A stretch of DNA of 64,000 nucleotides from Candidatus Enterousia sp. (GCA_045593065.1 JAZNVZ010000005.1:37872-101871); one strand, 5' to 3'; counted from the stretch's first letter, positions 19,974 through 29,398 are shown. The notes: generated by a model from the sequence alone, not told the origin. Numbers and translations are program-made.

Positions 19974-19982
19974 TGGTATAAT
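19974..19982 (+). promoter_or_regulatory. Candidate extended -10 (TGgTATAAT) for the T4CP operon
   Basis: TGGTATAAT 10 nt before ATG 19992; no good -35 seen. Confidence 0.35.
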
Positions 19983-19991
19983 AATAACACC

Positions 19992-22262
19992 ATGGCAGAG
20001 AAATTCAAGATTTTATCCGCAGGCGGTTCATCCAAAGGGCTGAATATTTTCAAATCAACCGCCTATAAAGAGCACGAGGCAGGACCAATGGCCCAGATGT
20101 TCTGGGTGTTTCGTTGGAATGCGTCAATGTGGTTGATATGCGCGGTGGCATTTGCCCTGGCATTTATTGTTGAACATTTAATACGGTATGGTTGGTCGCC
20201 GGCATCTATGCATTGGGCTGGGCTGTTTTTGCACGATGCGTTTCGCACACTGGGGTTGTCCGTGATTGCAACAGTACCCGGATGGTTGGCACGGTGTTTA
20301 ATGCGGCCTGACCTGGCATGCGCGATACCATTGTTGCCGATTATTGCATTTTATTTTGTGTCCGACAACACATTGACCAAGGAATTTAATCCGCATGGGT
20401 CTGACATGTACGATTCAAAATCTTCGCGCAAGGCAACCGCCGCAGACATCAAACAAATGGGTAAAAACTGGAAAAATAAAGAGGGATTGTTTAACGGTTT
20501 TATGATGGTTTTAGGTTATTTCAAGGACGGTAAAAAAACAAAACCATTAATGCTGGACGAAACATTATCTGTGTTGTGTGTTGCGCCCCCGGGGTCTGGT
20601 AAAACAAAGGCGGTGGTGGAACCAACAATCGTTGAATGCGATACTGTATCCATGATTATTAATGACCCAAAGCCAGAATTAAGACAGAGTACATCTGGGT
20701 ATCGCGCAACAATCGGGCCAGTGTTTATTATGAACTGGGCAGGTCAAGATGACCCAGAACGCGGTATATATTACCCATCTTGGAATCCGCTGTCCCCAGA
20801 ACATGTGCCATTTGAAACCGAACAACGCGATTTGTATATCGATACAATTTGCAAAGTGTTGGTGCCAGATGCCACAGGGTCATCGGCTGACCCACATTGG
20901 TCAATATCTGGTCGCGCAGGATTGTCCGGGTTTATTCAATACATTGTGTCCAAGGTTGAACGCGCCAAGGCAGATGATTATTTTTACGCGCGTCTGCAAT
21001 CGGGCGAATTTAATCAAGAAGATTCAAATGTTTTGTTGGAATATTACCTGAGCATGTCCAACAATCCAAATGCCTATGCGGCAATGGGATTGTTGCAACA
21101 CGGCGAATTAAACGCAATGAATTATGTTCATGTTGGAACATGGCAAAATATCCCAGATGCATGGGTTGGGCGCGAGGCATCGTTGTCCATGATTTTGGAT
21201 TGGTTAAACGCATCACAGTTGGCAAATGCCGCAGAATTAGAAGAACGCCGCAAACAAGGCGATCAAATGGTGGCATTGGCTGACCCAATGAAAGATGTAT
21301 TAGAAGGCGCCGTAAACGAGGCCGTAGAATACGCGTACGCACACCGTGCGGTGTTGGAATTAACACAACTGGCGAATACGCCTGACAAAGAACGCGGGTC
21401 AATTTTATCAACAATTATGGCGGGACTGGGGGTGTTCCGTAATGCCGCAGTACGCAACAGAACATCGCATTCCGATTTCCATTTCGAAGACCTGCGCGGA
21501 CTGCGCGACCCACGCGATGGCAAGATTAAACCTGTATCGGTTTATCTGTCTATTAATATGGTTGATGCCCAAGCATTAAATCCAATCACGGGTATCTTTA
21601 TTGAATTAATGTCTAACTATTTATTGGTAAATACCCCAGACGCAATCGGTTCAAACGGAAAAAAATTAGGGCCATACCCTGTGTTATTCGTGTTGGACGA
21701 AATGCCAAAAATGCAAAAACTGGATGCGGTTATCCAGGGGCCAGATTTGGGACGCGGACAAAAGATTTCTTACCTGATTATCGGCCAGGATATTCACCAG
21801 ATTCAAGAAAAATACGGCGCAGATGCCGCCGCCACAATTATTTCAACAACCGCCGCAAAAATTATCATGCGGCAAAATGACTATGAAACCGCAGACAGAT
21901 TTTCTCAAATGATTGGTAACGAAATTAAAAAAGAAAAGAAATATGATAAAGACGGTAAAGAAACCGAAGAAACAAAAACACCAAAACCATTGTATTCGCC
22001 AATGGACATTATGACATTGCCCGAAGAAAAACAAATCGTTTTATATCAAGGGTATTACAATAGACCTATTGAAGCCAGCCAAGAAAGATGGTACAAAATG
22101 AAAACTGATATTCAAAAATCTATTGCTGCCAAAATCGCACTGGGCGAAAGTGCGCCAATGCCGGAATTTTTGGTATCAAAACATTGCAAGGCGATGGGAT
22201 ACAAAGGGGAAATTCGTTTTATGGATCCAACAACCAAAACAATAAAAGTGTTGGCTGAATAG
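19992..22262 (+). CDS. VirD4/TraG-family type IV coupling protein (T4CP) ATPase
   Basis: N-terminal TM helices, Walker A LCVAPPGSGKTKAVVEP, Walker B YPVLFVLDEMPKM, IIGQDIHQIQEKYG. ATG 19992 chosen because the 19866 extension overlaps rsmE. Confidence 0.85.
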   Translation: MAEKFKILSAGGSSKGLNIFKSTAYKEHEAGPMAQMFWVFRWNASMWLICAVAFALAFIVEHLIRYGWSPASMHWAGLFLHDAFRTLGLSVIATVPGWLARCLMRPDLACAIPLLPIIAFYFVSDNTLTKEFNPHGSDMYDSKSSRKATAADIKQMGKNWKNKEGLFNGFMMVLGYFKDGKKTKPLMLDETLSVLCVAPPGSGKTKAVVEPTIVECDTVSMIINDPKPELRQSTSGYRATIGPVFIMNWAGQDDPERGIYYPSWNPLSPEHVPFETEQRDLYIDTICKVLVPDATGSSADPHWSISGRAGLSGFIQYIVSKVERAKADDYFYARLQSGEFNQEDSNVLLEYYLSMSNNPNAYAAMGLLQHGELNAMNYVHVGTWQNIPDAWVGREASLSMILDWLNASQLANAAELEERRKQGDQMVALADPMKDVLEGAVNEAVEYAYAHRAVLELTQLANTPDKERGSILSTIMAGLGVFRNAAVRNRTSHSDFHFEDLRGLRDPRDGKIKPVSVYLSINMVDAQALNPITGIFIELMSNYLLVNTPDAIGSNGKKLGPYPVLFVLDEMPKMQKLDAVIQGPDLGRGQKISYLIIGQDIHQIQEKYGADAAATIISTTAAKIIMRQNDYETADRFSQMIGNEIKKEKKYDKDGKETEETKTPKPLYSPMDIMTLPEEKQIVLYQGYYNRPIEASQERWYKMKTDIQKSIAAKIALGESAPMPEFLVSKHCKAMGYKGEIRFMDPTTKTIKVLAE

Positions 22263-22266
22263 TTTT

Positions 22267-23526
22267 ATGAAAAAATTCTTGTTCGTTTTTTGTGTGTGTT
22301 GTTTTTTGGTTGGATGCGCAGATGTCGCAACATCTAATTTGCGCGGTGTACGAAATTCTTTTGCAAATGATAATTTTGTTGAATCAGCGAACAAATTTGC
22401 TGAACACAAAGATATTCAAAATCAAAATAATTTGGAATTGCTGATAACAGGTCTGGCACAGTTTCAGGCAAAAAATTACAAAATCAGCGATAAAACATTC
22501 GAAGAATTTAACAAACGAAATATCAATACCACCAGCGGCAGCATCGCACGCGAAACAAAAAAATTGGTATTTGGACAAATGGCAACTGAATATAAACCGT
22601 CTATGATGGATTCGTTGTTTGTATCATATTATCAAATATGGGATGCAGTTGGTGAAAATCGGCGCGATGATGTGCGTGTAATCATCAACCAATCTTATGC
22701 GCGCCAGCAAGATATGTCGCGCGAATATGCTGATTTAGTACAAAAAAATACCGAACGCATAAACAAAAACAACAACGAATTGATGACCACATTACAAAAT
22801 CAAAATTCACAATGGGCGGCATATACAGATATTATGAACCCTGCGTTAATGTATTTATCTGGGGTTTGGTTTTTGAACACGGGCGATTTCAATGATGCTG
22901 TGGATTATTTAAAACGCGCAAATGGCATGGTGCAAAGCAACAAATTTATCACCACAGATTTATCTTTGGCTGAACACAACCAAAAACCACGCGATACAAC
23001 ATGGATATTTGTTGAATCTGGTTTTGCGCCAATGTTAAAGCAAGAAACATTGTCTTTTCCTGTTATCAGTGGCAAAGGTGTGATTATGGCATCTATTGCG
23101 GTTGCAGAACCTGTATTTTGGAACGGTTCGGTAAAATTTCCGGGTGCCCTGCCCTTGGCCGATGTGAACGCAATGTTTATGACTGAATTTAACCAGTACA
23201 GAATCAACGATGCTTTGCGCGCATGGGGGGCGGCATCTGCGCGCGCGATTGCCCAGGCCGCCGCATATAATTCAAACAGCCGATTTTCCGAACTGTTGGG
23301 ATTGGGAACAACGATATATTCACTGGCAACAACAAACGCAGATGTGCGTTCATGGGCAACACTGCCAGAAAATATCAGTGTTTTACGATTAAAAACAGCT
23401 GACTTGATTGATTCAAATTTAAATGCTATGATTGACCCGAATGTGAAATTACCAACATCTGGAAATTATTTAATTTATGTGCGATTAACAAATGGCAAAC
23501 CTGTCGTGCATATATTCAAAATATAA
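22267..23526 (+). CDS. Hypothetical lipoprotein with TPR-like helices (419 aa)
   Basis: Lipobox FLVG|C. 4 nt after the T4CP stop. From memory it resembles the uncharacterised COG3014-type lipoproteins that pair with LpoB-like genes. Confidence 0.65.
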   Translation: MKKFLFVFCVCCFLVGCADVATSNLRGVRNSFANDNFVESANKFAEHKDIQNQNNLELLITGLAQFQAKNYKISDKTFEEFNKRNINTTSGSIARETKKLVFGQMATEYKPSMMDSLFVSYYQIWDAVGENRRDDVRVIINQSYARQQDMSREYADLVQKNTERINKNNNELMTTLQNQNSQWAAYTDIMNPALMYLSGVWFLNTGDFNDAVDYLKRANGMVQSNKFITTDLSLAEHNQKPRDTTWIFVESGFAPMLKQETLSFPVISGKGVIMASIAVAEPVFWNGSVKFPGALPLADVNAMFMTEFNQYRINDALRAWGAASARAIAQAAAYNSNSRFSELLGLGTTIYSLATTNADVRSWATLPENISVLRLKTADLIDSNLNAMIDPNVKLPTSGNYLIYVRLTNGKPVVHIFKI

Positions 23527-23540
23527 CCAAAGGAGAAAAC

Positions 23541-24146
23541 ATGAAAAAATTATTACCAATCGCTGTGCTGGCCGTTTTAACAGGATGCGGCGGGACACGC
23601 GTTGTAGATTTAGAAAACGAACGCGAAGTTCAATCTATGCAAGATGTTATGGAATTAGAATATCGTGATTGGACCAAAACCGCTGAATATATGACAACAT
23701 CTATGTTAAACAGCAATGCGTTAAATCGCGTTAAAAATCCTGTGATTGCGGTCGCAAATATTAAAAACGATACTATGCAAAGATTTGATACAGATATTTT
23801 GATTAAAAAAATTCGCACAACAATCATGAAATCTGGACGCGCACAAATCGCAACAAACTTTACAAGCGAAGACACCACCAGCAACACAGTGCGTAATATT
23901 CGTGGCAATAATGAATATGACCAGTCGACATTTGCACAACAAGGCACATTGATTGCGCCAAACATGTCGCTGTCTGGGAAAATGATTCAACGCAATTTGA
24001 AATTGGAATCTGGGTGGTTTTCATCGGTTGATACCCGCGTAGAATATTATCTGCAACTGACACTGACAGATTTGAAAACAGGTTTATCTGTGTGGGAAGA
24101 TGAACAACCAATCATCAAAGAAGGAAATCACGCACCAACATGGTAA
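23541..24146 (+). CDS. LpoB/COG3417-like outer-membrane lipoprotein
   Basis: Lipobox LTG|C. PVIAVANIKNDT..., NMSLSGKM...YYLQLTLTDLKTGLSVWE pattern, typical of the LpoB-like fold (recalled from memory). Confidence 0.6.
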   Translation: MKKLLPIAVLAVLTGCGGTRVVDLENEREVQSMQDVMELEYRDWTKTAEYMTTSMLNSNALNRVKNPVIAVANIKNDTMQRFDTDILIKKIRTTIMKSGRAQIATNFTSEDTTSNTVRNIRGNNEYDQSTFAQQGTLIAPNMSLSGKMIQRNLKLESGWFSSVDTRVEYYLQLTLTDLKTGLSVWEDEQPIIKEGNHAPTW

Positions 24147-24185
24147 TCCGTCTCTGCGGAACGCAGAGCCGCGACATATCAAATT

Positions 24186-24215
24186 AAAAACACCGGCAAA
24201 TACCGGTGTTTTTTT
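24186..24215. terminator. Bidirectional intrinsic terminator (lipoprotein operon / der)
   Basis: AAAAA-CACCGG-CAAATA-CCGGTG-TTTTTTT. Confidence 0.8.
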
Positions 24216-24244
24216 GTGACGGATAGATTTTGATTAATGGCCCA

Positions 24245-25582
24245 TCAATCAAAAGGATTTTCCGCTTTTTCGTATTCAATTACAATCGGTAAGTGTTCCC
24301 AGTGCAACGCGGTCGCAATTCCACGCCGCAAATAACGCGTATAAGATTCTGGAATATCAGATGCGCCACCAACATTTATGCGCACACGCATCGGGCGCGT
24401 ACCAACCTGGCGCGCGAATTTAATCTTCATTGCGCGTTTCAGTCGCGACATCGGCGGCTGACGTTCTGCAACCAATTTTTCAACAATTCGATTTAATAAA
24501 CTGGTTGGTACAGATGCAGACGAAATGTCATATTGTTCATAAATGCGTTTGAACATGTTTTGAACACCAGTGCCCGTTTCCGCCGACATTGCCAAAATCA
24601 TCGGCTTTATAATCTGGTGAAAAGAATTCGTAAATTGGTGTTTTAATTTTAATAATTTTTCGTCCCTGATTTCTGGTTCAATCAAATCCCATTTATTCAA
24701 TGCAACACATAAAATCTTGCCCGCATCATACACGCGCGCAGCAATCCCCAGCGCCTGGTTTTCAATGTTTTTTGTTGCATCAACAACCAAAATCACAACA
24801 TCGGCCTGGGCAATCGCATCCAACGCCTTTAATGCAGACAATGTTTCAACATCATCTGTAACACCCGCCTTGCGCCGCAAACCAGCCGTATCCATCAACA
24901 CAATATCCCGCCCATAAAAATGCGTAGGAATTTTTACCGTGTCGCGCGTAATCCCAGGCGCATCCATAACAATTTGGCGTTTTTCACCCAACACACGATT
25001 TACAAAAGTTGATTTTCCAACATTTGGTTGACCCAGAACTGCGATTTTAATTCTGGTATCCGGCGCAACATCCACAGATTCAATATCTATTTTTTTATCC
25101 GCAGCAATTTTATCTAAAAATTCATAAACCGCATCAAAACCGCGTTTATGTTCCGCAGAAATCATAACTGGCGCACCACAGCCCAATTTCAAAAATTCAT
25201 GCATATCGCCAATGCGTTTTAATGATTCTGTTTTGTTCGCCAACAACAATACAGGTGCGTGTGTTTTTCTGTGAATTAACTTTGCCCATTCAATGTCCAT
25301 CGGCACCAATCCTGCACGACCATCAACCACAAACAACACCGCATCCGCAGATGCAATCGCCGCCACCGCCATATTCGTAGAATCTGCCGCAATACCAGAT
25401 TTTGCGTTTTCCAGTCCCGCAGTGTCAAATAATTCGTATGGTCTGTCCTTGATAACACCACTGATTATATCGCGTGTAACACCAGGTCTGTCATGTACCA
25501 GCGCATCACGCGTTCCGGTCAGCGCGTTAAACAATGTTGATTTACCTGTATTCGGGCGACCCGCAATTATTACTTTCATCAT
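24245..25582 (-). CDS. der: Ribosome-associated GTPase Der (EngA)
   Basis: Two G domains: GRPNTGKSTLFN and GQPNVGKSTFVN; KH-like C-terminus. Confidence 0.96.
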   Translation of the reverse strand: MMKVIIAGRPNTGKSTLFNALTGTRDALVHDRPGVTRDIISGVIKDRPYELFDTAGLENAKSGIAADSTNMAVAAIASADAVLFVVDGRAGLVPMDIEWAKLIHRKTHAPVLLLANKTESLKRIGDMHEFLKLGCGAPVMISAEHKRGFDAVYEFLDKIAADKKIDIESVDVAPDTRIKIAVLGQPNVGKSTFVNRVLGEKRQIVMDAPGITRDTVKIPTHFYGRDIVLMDTAGLRRKAGVTDDVETLSALKALDAIAQADVVILVVDATKNIENQALGIAARVYDAGKILCVALNKWDLIEPEIRDEKLLKLKHQFTNSFHQIIKPMILAMSAETGTGVQNMFKRIYEQYDISSASVPTSLLNRIVEKLVAERQPPMSRLKRAMKIKFARQVGTRPMRVRINVGGASDIPESYTRYLRRGIATALHWEHLPIVIEYEKAENPFD

Positions 25583-25653
25583 TTGTTTTTTCTCGTTGAT
25601 TTTTTATAATTATAAAGCAAAAATAAGAATAAGCAAACTTTAAGAGGAGAAAA

Positions 25654-26250
25654 ATGCACTATAAAACAAAAAAATTATTAACCAATATTCGCGATGCTAT
25701 TATCAACCCGCGCAGTTTTTTCAAAAAAATTGTGGCTGATGGCGATTTAGAAGAATCTATGTTGCGTGCATTTATCTATGGTTTAATTGGTGGCGGATTG
25801 GTTTTATTCCTGCGTTTAATCAGTGGTGCAACAATCACGATTGGTTCGGTATTTTCTGCATTGGTTATCGTGCCGGTTTTGGCGGTGGCATTGCTGTTTG
25901 TTATGGGTGGATTGCTGATGTTAATCGCAGAAATCACTGGCGGCGAACGCGATTGGGAAATTGCAATCAAGGGATTGGCATCCGTATTTTTCATGTACCC
26001 TGTAATTTTAATATTGAACGCATTGGCATTTAATTGTTGGTCAATGTGGGTTATCAGTTTATTGGGCGATATATGGGTATTGTATTTGGTGTATTGCCTG
26101 GGGGTGTATTGTATGCGCGGAATAAAATCTAACATGATATTGGTAATTGGTATACTGGCAATATTTATGCTGACGGTGTATGTCAGTGATTATAGAATCG
26201 GCTGGTTTATGCTGAAAAATGCCAGTGCAACATTGGCATGTCTGTTATAA
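25654..26250 (+). CDS. Yip1-family integral membrane protein
   Basis: N-term ..IINPRSFFKKI.., then 5 predicted TM helices. Confidence 0.5.
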   Translation: MHYKTKKLLTNIRDAIINPRSFFKKIVADGDLEESMLRAFIYGLIGGGLVLFLRLISGATITIGSVFSALVIVPVLAVALLFVMGGLLMLIAEITGGERDWEIAIKGLASVFFMYPVILILNALAFNCWSMWVISLLGDIWVLYLVYCLGVYCMRGIKSNMILVIGILAIFMLTVYVSDYRIGWFMLKNASATLACLL

Positions 26251-26274
26251 AAAACGGCGAAAGCCGTTTTTTTT
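26249..26274 (+). terminator. Intrinsic terminator
   Basis: AAAACGGC-GAAA-GCCGTTTT followed by a T-run. Confidence 0.75.
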
Positions 26275-26337
26275 ATAAAACTCAATCTGTCTCGGCCAAG
26301 CAGAGCCGCAACAAGAGTTTAATTATAGAAAAATTAT

Positions 26338-26365
26338 TTGCATTTGCGCGTTTGGTGGGTATAAT
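26338..26365 (+). promoter_or_regulatory. Candidate sigma70 promoter for pnp
   Basis: TTGCAT (26338-26343), 16 nt spacer, TATAAT (26360-26365). Leaves a leader of about 115 nt. Confidence 0.45.
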
Positions 26366-26487
26366 ATGACGGGTCGCGGAGGGGAATTGTTCATTTTTGC
26401 ACTTTTTCCGCAATATTCCAGAGTGTAAAAACGAATAATTTTCTCCGCAAAATCGAAACATTAACAAAATAAAAAATGGAGAAAACT

Positions 26488-28665
26488 ATGTTATTTGGTT
26501 TATTTAACAAAAATGACAAAGATGCCGTACATCCACTGAATCATCCAATCGCTGTTGAAATTAAATACGGTGATGAAACATTGCGTTTGGAAACAGGTCG
26601 TATGGCAAAACAGGCCAACGGTGCCGTATTGGCAACAATGGGTGGCACAATGGTTTTGGCAACTGTGTGTGCTGAAAAAACAGCAGTCGAAGGTCAAGAT
26701 TTCTTTCCACTGACCGTTGATTACCAAGAAAAATTTGCGTCCGCTGGTCGTATTCCAGGTTCACGCGACAGACGTGAAGGCAAGGCATCAACCGCTGAAA
26801 CATTGATTGCGCGTTTGATTGACCGCCCTATTCGTCCTTTGTTCCCAGAAACATTTAAAAACAAAGTGCAAATCATTGCCCAGGTGTTTTCTTATGACAA
26901 GAAAAATCAACCTGATGTTTTGGCTATGATTGCGTCATCAGCGGCATTGGCATTATCGGGCGTTCCATTTGCTGGCCCAATCGGTGCGGCACGTGTTGGC
27001 TATGTTGATGGCAAATATGTTTTGAATCCATCTAAAACAGATGTTGAAACAAAATCTGAAATGGATTTGGTCGTTGCCGCAACCAAAGACGGCGTGTTGA
27101 TGGTTGAATCTGAAATCGGCGAATTGGACGAAGAAACAACATTGGGTGCTGTGAAATTTGGTTTTGACCAACAACAAGCGGTTATCAATGCTATTAACGA
27201 ATTAGTCGAAAATGCTGGTTCAGCACGTTGGGAAATTCCACAAAACACTGCGGAATATGTCGCAATGGAAAAAGATTTTGCCAGTTTCGAAAATCAAATT
27301 ACTGATGCATTGTTGATTAAAGAAAAATTGCATCGTTTAGAAACATTGGCTGATATTCACGCGGCGGCAAAGGCGCGCATTGTTGAATTGTTCCCTGAAA
27401 CAACAACAGCAACATCAACATTGGAATCATGGGCTGATGAAATCATCGAAAATTTGACTGCACATGTTATGCGCAGCAATATTTTGGCTGGCAAACCACG
27501 TATTGACGGGCGTGATACAAAAACCGTTCGTCCTATTGAAATCGAATTAGGCGTGTTGCCACGCGCACATGGTTCTGCGTTATTCACACGCGGCGAAACC
27601 CAGGCATTGGTATCATTAACACTGGGCGGTGGCAAAGATGCGTTGCCAATCGAATCTTTGGACGGTGCAGATGAACGCGATTTTATTTTGAACTATAATT
27701 TCCCAGGTTATTCTGTGGGCGAAGCCAAGGGATTAAAATCACCTGGTCGCCGCGAATTGGGTCATGGTAATTTGGCATGGCGTGCATTGCACCCAATGAT
27801 GCCTTCACGCGAAAAATTCGATTATGTTGTTCGTGTGTGCAGTGATATTTTGGAATCAAACGGTTCTTCGTCCATGGCAACAACATGTGGCGCAACATTG
27901 GCAATGATGGACGGCGGTGTGCCACTGACCCGTCCTGTGGCAGGTATCGCCATGGGATTAATCAAAGAAGGCGATGATTACGCTATCTTGACAGATATTT
28001 TGGGCGATGAAGACCACTTGGGCGATATGGATTTCAAAGTAACCGGAACCAAAGACGGTATTACTGCTTTGCAAATGGATATCAAAATAACATCTATCAC
28101 ATTTGATATCATGAAACATGCATTGGCCCAGGCAAAAGATGGCCGTATGCATATCTTGGGCAAAATCGAAGGTGCGATTAAGGCCCCACGCGCATCTGTG
28201 TCTCAATATGCGCCACAAATGTATCAAATGAAAATTAATCCAGACAAGGTTCGCGATGTCATCGGCAAAGGTGGCAGTGTTATCCAGGCATTGGTGCGCG
28301 AAACAAACACAACCATTGATTTAGAAGATGATGGTACTGTTAAAATTATGGCAACAACACGCGAAGATGCTGATAATGCCATTGCGCGCATCAAAGATAT
28401 TGTCGCAGAACCAGAGGTTGGCGAAATCTATAAAGGTGTTGTGTCTGGGATGAAAGATTTTGGTTTATTCGTCAAAATCTTGAACGGATTCGAAGCCATG
28501 GTTCACATCTCTGAAATCACAGGCGAAAGATTGAAAACAATCCAAGATGCCGGATTCAAAGAAGGCGATACTGTTTATGTTCGTTATCTGGGTGCAGACA
28601 AACGCGGCAAAACCCGTATGAGCATGGTTGGTATCGACCAAAAAACAGGGAAAGAAGTTAAATAA
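26488..28665 (+). CDS. pnp: Polyribonucleotide nucleotidyltransferase (PNPase)
   Basis: Two RNase PH domains, KH and S1 domains (GEIYKGVVSGMKDFGLFV). ATG 26488 has GGAGA 6 nt upstream; the ORF opens at 26476. Confidence 0.97.
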   Translation: MLFGLFNKNDKDAVHPLNHPIAVEIKYGDETLRLETGRMAKQANGAVLATMGGTMVLATVCAEKTAVEGQDFFPLTVDYQEKFASAGRIPGSRDRREGKASTAETLIARLIDRPIRPLFPETFKNKVQIIAQVFSYDKKNQPDVLAMIASSAALALSGVPFAGPIGAARVGYVDGKYVLNPSKTDVETKSEMDLVVAATKDGVLMVESEIGELDEETTLGAVKFGFDQQQAVINAINELVENAGSARWEIPQNTAEYVAMEKDFASFENQITDALLIKEKLHRLETLADIHAAAKARIVELFPETTTATSTLESWADEIIENLTAHVMRSNILAGKPRIDGRDTKTVRPIEIELGVLPRAHGSALFTRGETQALVSLTLGGGKDALPIESLDGADERDFILNYNFPGYSVGEAKGLKSPGRRELGHGNLAWRALHPMMPSREKFDYVVRVCSDILESNGSSSMATTCGATLAMMDGGVPLTRPVAGIAMGLIKEGDDYAILTDILGDEDHLGDMDFKVTGTKDGITALQMDIKITSITFDIMKHALAQAKDGRMHILGKIEGAIKAPRASVSQYAPQMYQMKINPDKVRDVIGKGGSVIQALVRETNTTIDLEDDGTVKIMATTREDADNAIARIKDIVAEPEVGEIYKGVVSGMKDFGLFVKILNGFEAMVHISEITGERLKTIQDAGFKEGDTVYVRYLGADKRGKTRMSMVGIDQKTGKEVK

Positions 28666-28689
28666 TCTTTACTAAAAATTTATCAAGGG

Positions 28690-28717
28690 GGGGGCAAAAA
28701 AATGTTTGCCCCCTTTT
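28690..28717 (+). terminator. Intrinsic terminator after pnp
   Basis: GGGGGCAAA-AAAATG-TTTGCCCCC-TTTT. Confidence 0.8.
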
Positions 28718-28738
28718 ATTTTGAAAAGGGGAAACTTT

Positions 28739-29086
28739 ATGTCAAACACAACACTATATGATGTCGCACAAAATTGGTCTAATGCGCAATGGGCGCGCTT
28801 TTTACAATGCGACAAAAAGGAAATTCCATCTATTCGCAAATATATGAATACTTGTGACAAGGATGGCCCTTCATGCTGCATCATTGAACAAACAAAACAG
28901 GGCTGTTATGTTTGGTTTTATTTCAAAATATACACATATTCATCAAAAGCCTTTGCGACTTATGACGAAGCTGAAAATTTTGCGAAAAATGTTCTTATGC
29001 GCTGGAACCTTAATAAAACACAACAAAAGATATTTAATGTCCCACAATATGCAATGATGATGATGAAAATAAGAGGAGCAAAATAA
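28739..29086 (+). CDS. Hypothetical protein (115 aa)
   Basis: ATG 28739 with GGGGA SD. Stop overlaps the ybaB ATG (TAATG). No family recognised. AT-rich. Confidence 0.5.
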   Translation: MSNTTLYDVAQNWSNAQWARFLQCDKKEIPSIRKYMNTCDKDGPSCCIIEQTKQGCYVWFYFKIYTYSSKAFATYDEAENFAKNVLMRWNLNKTQQKIFNVPQYAMMMMKIRGAK

Positions 29087-29385
29087 TGGATTTGAATGAA
29101 ATGATGCAACAGGCCAAAGATTTACAGGCGCGTGTGCATGCCGCCCAAGATTTGTTGGACGATGTGCGCGTCAAAGGTTTGGCTGGTAACGGCGCAGTCA
29201 TTGTCGAAATGACAGGAAAATACGATATTACACAAGTTATTATTTCAAATAACGCAATGAATAAGAGTGCAACAGAATTGGCAGAAATCGTCAAAAACGC
29301 CATCCAGGACGCAAAAAACAAAGCTGATGATATAATAGACCAGAAAATGAGTGAAGCTACCCAGGGAACTAATTTACCATTTTAA
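29086..29385 (+). CDS. ybaB: Nucleoid-associated protein YbaB/EbfC
   Basis: MMQQAKDLQARVHAAQDLLDDVRVKGLAGNGAVIVEMTGKYDI. Confidence 0.9.
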   Translation: MDLNEMMQQAKDLQARVHAAQDLLDDVRVKGLAGNGAVIVEMTGKYDITQVIISNNAMNKSATELAEIVKNAIQDAKNKADDIIDQKMSEATQGTNLPF

Positions 29386-29398
29386 AAGCAGAAAAAAC

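Noticed and set aside
19866-19991. 42-codon N-terminal extension of the T4CP ORF
   Set aside because: It overlaps the 5' end of divergent rsmE by 81 nt, encodes an implausible Phe/Trp/Asn-rich peptide, and contains the candidate -10 box. ATG 19992 was chosen instead.
19992-24146. T4CP region as an integrative conjugative element or genomic island
   Set aside because: There is no integrase, relaxase, other T4SS genes, flanking direct repeats or adjacent tRNA. Flanking genes are core (rsmE, der), and the composition looks like the rest of the window.
28706-28738. TTG-initiated extension of the hypothetical ORF after pnp
   Set aside because: It starts inside the pnp terminator hairpin (28690-28717). 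ATG 28739 has an SD.
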